Shown here: one piece after another, positions 58,816 through 64,000 of the stretch
Layout of the letters: every line of letters starts with the position of its first letter
How positions within the stretch are numbered: the first letter of the stretch is position 1
Source: Burkholderiaceae bacterium
Lineage (GTDB): Bacteria > Pseudomonadota > Gammaproteobacteria > Burkholderiales > Burkholderiaceae_B
Assembly: GCA_035306485.1 (NCBI GenBank)
Contig: DATGNX010000012.1
Span: 1,277-65,276, forward strand
DNA length: 64,000 nt
Reading direction: 5' to 3'
Notes under the pieces: generated by a model
Seen by the model: the letters and a program-made list of their open reading frames with translations, nothing else
Database searches by the model: none
What the model was told of the DNA's origin: nothing
Position numbers and translations under genes: made by a program

Positions 58816-59646
58816 TCAGCTCGCTTTGCTTGCACTCCAGCCGGCTGCACCATTGGCCGTACCTTCCATCTTGCCGTCCGACACGCGGGCAACATATTCC
58901 TCGCCCCCGGCGTTGAATCGTAATTGTGCGCCCTCCAGGCGGCCGTTGGTGATAGGGGTCGCCGTGCCGTTTTTGTTCAGTGTGCCCTCAACGTACTGGA
59001 AGGTCTGAGTGAGTTGAAGTTCGCCGTCCGGAGTCTTCCATGTGCCTTCGACCTTGGCCGGAACCGTCCACATGTACGCAGTGCAATAGTTGGTGCAGCC
59101 CTCGGCCTGGGCGGTCGCGTCCGGTTCCCAGTCGCCCATCGTGAACGAGTTCGAAACGACGCGGGTGCCGGGCTTCATGTCCAGCAATGTGGGTTTGAGC
59201 TTCAGGTTCAGGCCCGGCAGTAGGAAGAGCGTGACGACTGTGGCCTCGGAGAAGTCGGATTCGAAGATGTCGGCCTGTTCGAATACCGCACGGTCGGCCA
59301 CGCCCTCGCGCCGGGCGGCACTGCGGGAAAGCGCCACCATGTCGGGGTTGTATTCGATGCCGCGGGCCTTGGCGCCGCGTTTGGCGGCGGTGATCACGGT
59401 GCGGCCGTCGCCCGAGCCTAGGTCCACTAACGTGTCCTCCGGCGTAAGCGCAGCCATGTCGAGCATGCGATCAACCAGCGCTTGCGGCGTCGGCACCCAG
59501 ATCACGTCCTTGCCCGATTGCCCCACCGTTGGCGTAAAGGTCCCGCTGTCCGCTTCAGTTGTGGAATTCTGGGCCAGGGCGGCGCCCGACAGAGACATGG
59601 CGAACAACGCTGTAGCAAGAAAGGACTTGCGAATACGCATCATCAT
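58816..59646 (-). CDS. class I SAM-dependent methyltransferase with N-terminal Sec signal peptide
   Basis: The N-terminus is MMMRIRKSFLATALFAMSLSGAALA|QN. Motif I is LVDLGSGDGR and motif II is ARGIEYNPDMV. A beta-rich domain of about 110 aa forms the C-terminus. Confidence 0.8.
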   Translation of the reverse strand: MMMRIRKSFLATALFAMSLSGAALAQNSTTEADSGTFTPTVGQSGKDVIWVPTPQALVDRMLDMAALTPEDTLVDLGSGDGRTVITAAKRGAKARGIEYNPDMVALSRSAARREGVADRAVFEQADIFESDFSEATVVTLFLLPGLNLKLKPTLLDMKPGTRVVSNSFTMGDWEPDATAQAEGCTNYCTAYMWTVPAKVEGTWKTPDGELQLTQTFQYVEGTLNKNGTATPITNGRLEGAQLRFNAGGEEYVARVSDGKMEGTANGAAGWSASKAS

Positions 59647-59762
59647 CGACTGCTTCTCCTTGTTGGGTTGGGCCCAGCGCGAGCAAGGCAGGGCTGAAGC
59701 CTGAACGGTAGCGCAAGTTCAGTACGTTTTGTGGTTAAAAAACGTGAACGTCCGTTTGGGGC

Positions 59763-60719
59763 TCAGCCTTCGGAATCGTTCCGGACGCGGGCGGGGGGCC
59801 AGAAGTCGTCCGGAAACTGGATCGGGGGATCGTAGTCCAGAGGGCCGGGTTCTACCTCCGGCACACAATGCTGCAGGGCTTCCTGCATACGTAGCAGGGC
59901 GGCCTTGCCGGTCGTGCCCCGTGTCACCTCGTTCCACCATAGCCGGTGAACATGGCGCACGTACACTGGCACGGAAGGCAGGCCAAGTCGCTGTGCCATG
60001 GCGAGCCGGTGTAGGCCGCGATCAATCTTGAGGATCGTGCCGGTGCGCGAGATTGCGACCTCCAGTGAGTCCTTGCCTCGCGTAGCGTCGAACCCATTGA
60101 CCGCCATGTCATCGAGAAAATCGAGATAGACCTGGAGATAAGCGATGATACGCTCCGGCGAGTCCAGCACCACACCTAGCTGGTGCGATTCCCATGGTTT
60201 GCCGGTCTCGAGCTCGTCCATGAGTTCACGGAAGCGCTCGGTCTGATCCAATCGGCCCCGGTGTTCGTCCAGCTCGCTGATCAGCCGATAACGGGAACCC
60301 GTCCGAAGGTCGTAGCGGCGTTGATCCCAGGTGCCATCCCAGATGAAGGCGAGCGACGAAGGACGTTTCTCCTCACGGCGGGGCGCGTGGATCGCTAGAC
60401 GCACGAGCTTGCGAGGGTCTACATACAGCGTGAGGGCGTCCTTGCCCAGCACTTCTTCCACCACGTGGCCCGGAAGGCCGAATTTCTCTACGTGATGCGC
60501 GTCACGGCGTCCCGCCATCCAGCGCCGCAAAAAGATTCGTCCCAACGGACGACCAATGTACTGTTGGACGGACGACTTCGTGCGGTCAGTCAGGTGCGCG
60601 ACCAGCACCCGCCGTTTCAGTTGCGGCGACAATAGGTGGGCAAAAGCGGCGTCAGCGCCGGGGCCGAGAATTCCCCGTGTACGCTTGGGTCGACTTCGTG
60701 CCTTCCGCGAGTCGTGCAT
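59763..60719 (-). CDS. hypothetical protein with ParB/sulfiredoxin-like motif in the C-terminal half
   Basis: 318-aa ORF. KIDRGLHRLAMAQRLGLPSVPVYV resembles the DGxHR...A...G...VPV core of ParB N-terminal/Srx domains. The rest is unrecognised, and the N-terminal about 65 aa may not be translated. Confidence 0.5.
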   Translation of the reverse strand: MHDSRKARSRPKRTRGILGPGADAAFAHLLSPQLKRRVLVAHLTDRTKSSVQQYIGRPLGRIFLRRWMAGRRDAHHVEKFGLPGHVVEEVLGKDALTLYVDPRKLVRLAIHAPRREEKRPSSLAFIWDGTWDQRRYDLRTGSRYRLISELDEHRGRLDQTERFRELMDELETGKPWESHQLGVVLDSPERIIAYLQVYLDFLDDMAVNGFDATRGKDSLEVAISRTGTILKIDRGLHRLAMAQRLGLPSVPVYVRHVHRLWWNEVTRGTTGKAALLRMQEALQHCVPEVEPGPLDYDPPIQFPDDFWPPARVRNDSEG

Positions 60720-60730
60720 GACAGATCAGT

Positions 60731-61171
60731 TCATCCGTTGCGCTTAATAAGCCGGAACGCGCCGCGGGCCACGCAAACAACTTTGCCGTCGGCATCGGTG
60801 GCCGAGCCTTCGACGAAGGCCGTGCTGCGCCCTCGTCGCAAAACCCGTGATTCGAACACCAGTTCACCGCGCGCCGTGTCCAGGAAATGGGTAGACATCT
60901 CGATGGTTGCTATGCCTATTCCCAGCGGGTCATGCCCCCGCGCCGCTGCACTCAATGTAAAGTCGAGCACGCTCATCAGGGTCCCGCCATGGACGTCACC
61001 GCGGCTATTGACCAGCTGGGGGTTGTAAGGAAGACGTGTGCGGGCATAGCCCTCTTCAATATGTTCGGCCTGCACCCCGATATAGCTCATGAAGGGAACA
61101 TCTACACCAAAGTATGGCGCGTCCTCGGAGCAGAACAGGGCGTTGGGTGTCTCGGTTACGGCGTTGGTCAC
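60731..61171 (-). CDS. PaaI-family hotdog-fold thioesterase
   Basis: 146 aa with NSRGDVHGGTLMSVLD and ARGAFRL. Confidence 0.8.
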   Translation of the reverse strand: MTNAVTETPNALFCSEDAPYFGVDVPFMSYIGVQAEHIEEGYARTRLPYNPQLVNSRGDVHGGTLMSVLDFTLSAAARGHDPLGIGIATIEMSTHFLDTARGELVFESRVLRRGRSTAFVEGSATDADGKVVCVARGAFRLIKRNG

Positions 61172-61240
61172 GGTGTTCTGGCGTTGCTGTTAAAACAAGT
61201 GGTCCATCTTACTACCTTCGGCTCCGAAGGCCGGGTCGGC

Positions 61241-61855
61241 TCAGTCTGCCTCGCCCCGCATCCACCGCAGGTAGGCATCGCGAGTCACACTTGACACCGA
61301 GTCCAGCACCTTCTGATGCTGCACCTGGTGGCGCAACATCAGGCGGGCGTCCGCGATGCTGCGCGACTTGCAGAACCAGTGACAGCTATGCTGCAACAGA
61401 TACAGCTCCGCAGATAGGTGATAGGCGCGTGATTTGGGGTCCCACTGTTCGACGTTGTCGACCACATGGCGCAGACCCGCCGCATGGATACGCAGCAGTT
61501 GGCGGAAATCCCGAGTCGCTGAAGGCAGAAAACGTTCGGCGTACGGAAGGCAAAACGACAGTGTGCAGATGCGGGTGGCGTCCCGGCTCTCCTTCTGCAT
61601 GGAGTTGGCCAGGGCCTGTACTTGCGACGCGACGATGCGTTCCGTCTGGGCGTAAGTCTCCAATACCTGAAGTTGGCGCGACTCCGAGTCTTCGTGGATC
61701 GCCCGTGTATAGCCCTGAGTGAGCGTTTCCATATGGCGCTCGATCTGCAGGTTGGCCAGATGGCTGCCCAACAAGGCGATATGCGCACGCTGATATCGCA
61801 CGCGCAATATTTGCCAGACCGCGGCAACCATCAGAAGGGTGAATGCAATGTCCAT
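61241..61855 (-). CDS. hypothetical membrane-anchored protein
   Basis: 204 aa with one N-terminal TM segment (IAFTLLMVAAVWQIL) followed by a helical soluble domain. I recognise no motif. Confidence 0.5.
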   Translation of the reverse strand: MDIAFTLLMVAAVWQILRVRYQRAHIALLGSHLANLQIERHMETLTQGYTRAIHEDSESRQLQVLETYAQTERIVASQVQALANSMQKESRDATRICTLSFCLPYAERFLPSATRDFRQLLRIHAAGLRHVVDNVEQWDPKSRAYHLSAELYLLQHSCHWFCKSRSIADARLMLRHQVQHQKVLDSVSSVTRDAYLRWMRGEAD

Positions 61856-61930
61856 CGTGGGAAGGGATGATACACAATTCCCCCGGCGCGGTATGCGGCG
61901 GCGGTGCGCGGTGTGTCTCGCTCGCCGCGA

Positions 61931-63991
61931 TCAGGCGGAACGCAGACGGCCCCGGCTTGCAGTCACTTGCGATGCGGCGTGTTTTTGTAGGTGGATCACG
62001 TCGACGATGTCGGTTTCCGGCCGATACCCGTCAACCAACTGCAGTAGTAGTTCGCGTACACGTTGGTAGTCGTCGGACTTGGTGGCCGACTCCAGCTTTT
62101 CCAGTGCCTTCCCCAGCGTGGCCCAGTTGAGACTCGCTTCGTTGGCGCGCATGATCATAGGGTGCTCGGTGTCCGTGACGTTCTCTCCGATCAGAAGCTC
62201 CTCGTAGAGTTTCTCTCCGGGACGCAAGCCGGTGTATTCGATGGCGATGTCGCCTTCGGTATCGTGCTTGCTGCGGACGCTTAAGCCCGACAGTTGGATC
62301 ATTTTCTCCGCCAGCGCCGCGATCTTCACCGACTTGCCCATGTCCAGCACGAAAACGTCGCCGCCTGCGCCCATGGAGCCGGCCTGTATCACTAGCTGGG
62401 CCGCTTCGGGAATCGTCATGAAGTAGCGCGTCATTTCGGGGTGTGTCACCGTCACCGGGCCGCCGCGGAGGATCTGCTCGCGGAACAGCGGGATCACGGA
62501 GCCCGACGAGCCCAGCACGTTGCCGAAGCGCACCATGGTGTAGCGCGTTTCGTTGCGTACCGGCCCCCAGCCATCTGGTCCGTAAGGCGTGAAGACACGT
62601 TCGGCCGCCAGCGCCTGCAAAACGAGCTCCGCGAGCCGCTTGGTGCTGCCCATGACGTTGGTTGGTCGGACGGCCTTATCCGTGGAAATGAGCACGAAGT
62701 TACGGACACGTGCGCGTAGCGCGGCCTGGGCGGTGAACAAAGTGCCGAAGGTATTGTTGAAGATGCCTTCGGCGATGTTGTGCTCCACCATGGGTACGTG
62801 CTTGTAGGCCGCAGCGTGATAGACCGTATCCACCCCCCATGCGGTCATGACTTCGTAGAGACGGCGCTGATTCCGGACGGACCCCAGTACGGGCACCACT
62901 TTGAGATCCAGGGCTTGCTTGCGGACGTAATTGTCTAGCTCCTTTTGTATGCTGTAGAGCGCGTATTCCGAATGTTCGAACAGAATCAGCACCGCCGGAC
63001 GGCAGCGTACGATCTGCCGGCACAATTCGGAGCCGATCGATCCGCCCGCGCCGGTCACCATGACGACCTGTTCCTTGATGCAGCGCTCGAACAACGCGGT
63101 CCGGGGTTCGACGGGATCGCGGCCGAGCAGGTCTCCGATGTCCACTTCGCGCAGTTCTTCCACCTTAACGCGTCCGCTGGCGAGGTCGGTGAGACCCGGC
63201 AGGGTGCGTACGGAGATTGCATATCGCGCGAGCATGTCGATGATCTCGTTGCGCCGTTTGCGCGATGCGGAGGGTATGGCCAGCAGGATCTCCTCGGCAT
63301 CGGTTTCCTCGATCAGCCAAGGCAGCCGCTCCGGCCCATAGATCGGCAGACCCGCCATGCTGCGGTTGGCCAGTTCCGCGTTGTCGTCGATGAAGGCCAG
63401 CGGCAGCATCTCCCGACCGGCGCGTAGTGCCCCCAGCAGCTGGTTGCCGGCGGACCCCGCGCCATAGAGAAGGACGCGTTTGCGATCGTCGCCGGGGCGA
63501 CGACCCTTGGCCCTGGTGCGCGCATTCACGGTGAAGGGCACGCCGGTGAAGTACTGCCACATCGCGATTCGGACCCCGCCAATGAACATCAGGCACAGCA
63601 TCCAGTGAATGATGATGACCGAGCGCGGAATGACGGCGGGCGGGTGGCCGTGTAGGTACACCGCCAGGGCGAGCACGGCGGCGGACGCCGAAACCGCCTG
63701 GAAGACCGTCATGATGGCTTGGTTGCCCAAATAGCGCATGACCGCCCGGTAGAGACCAAAACGAAAGAAAAGGGGAATGGACAAGGCGGGTGCCAGCAGG
63801 AACAGCCAGGCGTGCCCGCTGAACGGTTCGATGCGTTCGGCGCTGTCTAGGCGGATGAAGAACGCCAGCCACAGGGCCGCCCAAATCAGGCATGTGTCGG
63901 AAGCGATCTGCAGCAGGCATTTCTGCCGGCGACTCAGCGATAGCAGCCGATCGCGCAGATCGGGGGATAGTTGCTGTGCTTCAGCGTTCAC
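61931..63991 (-). CDS. membrane-anchored polysaccharide biosynthesis protein, CapD/WbpM/PglF-like nucleotide-sugar 4,6-dehydratase
   Basis: 686 aa with a GTG start 9 nt from the window edge. It has 4 N-terminal TM segments and two Rossmann regions (LLYGAGSAGNQL, VMVTGAGGSIGSEL). Confidence 0.88.
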   Translation of the reverse strand: MNAEAQQLSPDLRDRLLSLSRRQKCLLQIASDTCLIWAALWLAFFIRLDSAERIEPFSGHAWLFLLAPALSIPLFFRFGLYRAVMRYLGNQAIMTVFQAVSASAAVLALAVYLHGHPPAVIPRSVIIIHWMLCLMFIGGVRIAMWQYFTGVPFTVNARTRAKGRRPGDDRKRVLLYGAGSAGNQLLGALRAGREMLPLAFIDDNAELANRSMAGLPIYGPERLPWLIEETDAEEILLAIPSASRKRRNEIIDMLARYAISVRTLPGLTDLASGRVKVEELREVDIGDLLGRDPVEPRTALFERCIKEQVVMVTGAGGSIGSELCRQIVRCRPAVLILFEHSEYALYSIQKELDNYVRKQALDLKVVPVLGSVRNQRRLYEVMTAWGVDTVYHAAAYKHVPMVEHNIAEGIFNNTFGTLFTAQAALRARVRNFVLISTDKAVRPTNVMGSTKRLAELVLQALAAERVFTPYGPDGWGPVRNETRYTMVRFGNVLGSSGSVIPLFREQILRGGPVTVTHPEMTRYFMTIPEAAQLVIQAGSMGAGGDVFVLDMGKSVKIAALAEKMIQLSGLSVRSKHDTEGDIAIEYTGLRPGEKLYEELLIGENVTDTEHPMIMRANEASLNWATLGKALEKLESATKSDDYQRVRELLLQLVDGYRPETDIVDVIHLQKHAASQVTASRGRLRSA

Positions 63992-64000
63992 GAGGGTCTC

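Noticed and set aside
58677-61855. Possible genomic island integrated at tRNA-Cys
   Set aside because: There is no integrase, and I found no duplicate of the tRNA 3' end as a direct repeat. The composition is not distinguishable from the flanking 40 kb. The unknown genes are reported individually instead.

Overview
This is a high-GC proteobacterial chromosomal segment. Gene content (Bug-family binding protein, pur/min/ruv genes, short Fis) suggests Burkholderiales/Alcaligenaceae, but that is a guess. It is almost entirely densely packed core housekeeping genes. I call 67 CDS, among them fba', purC-purE-purK-tsaC, purU, pdxH, tcdA, pabB-pabC, ettA, minCDE, glnS, recQ, ruvB, ruvA-ruvC-purH-fis-dusB, ilvE, azlCD, rhlE, pyrD, bpt-aat and capD-like. 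I also call one tRNA-Cys(GCA), one probable yybP-ykoY (Mn2+) riboswitch, and several intrinsic terminators and promoter/operator candidates. I found no transposase, integrase, phage gene, CRISPR array or recognisable defence or toxin-antitoxin module, and no clearly novel multi-gene system. The items most worth a second look are: (1) an abrupt codon-composition step inside ettA at about 19.25 kb, which splits the window into a very high-GC3 left part and a lower-GC3 right part (recombination or chimeric assembly); (2) a 1907-codon tandem-fused UvrA paralogue translationally coupled to pabB-pabC; (3) a cytochrome-bd-like CydA'/CydB' pair whose subunit I appears to lack the canonical heme ligands, next to an OmpR/EnvZ-type two-component system and an orphan outer-membrane barrel; (4) the riboswitch in front of a CaCA-family transporter; (5) two well-signalled small proteins absent from the 60-aa ORF track or of unknown function; (6) a signal-peptide-bearing SAM methyltransferase and a hypothetical protein with a ParB/Srx-like motif between tRNA-Cys and the capD-like gene. 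Many long ORFs in the six-frame track are antisense or N-terminally extended artefacts of the high GC content, and I trimmed or rejected them. All homology statements come from reading motifs by eye, not from database searches.
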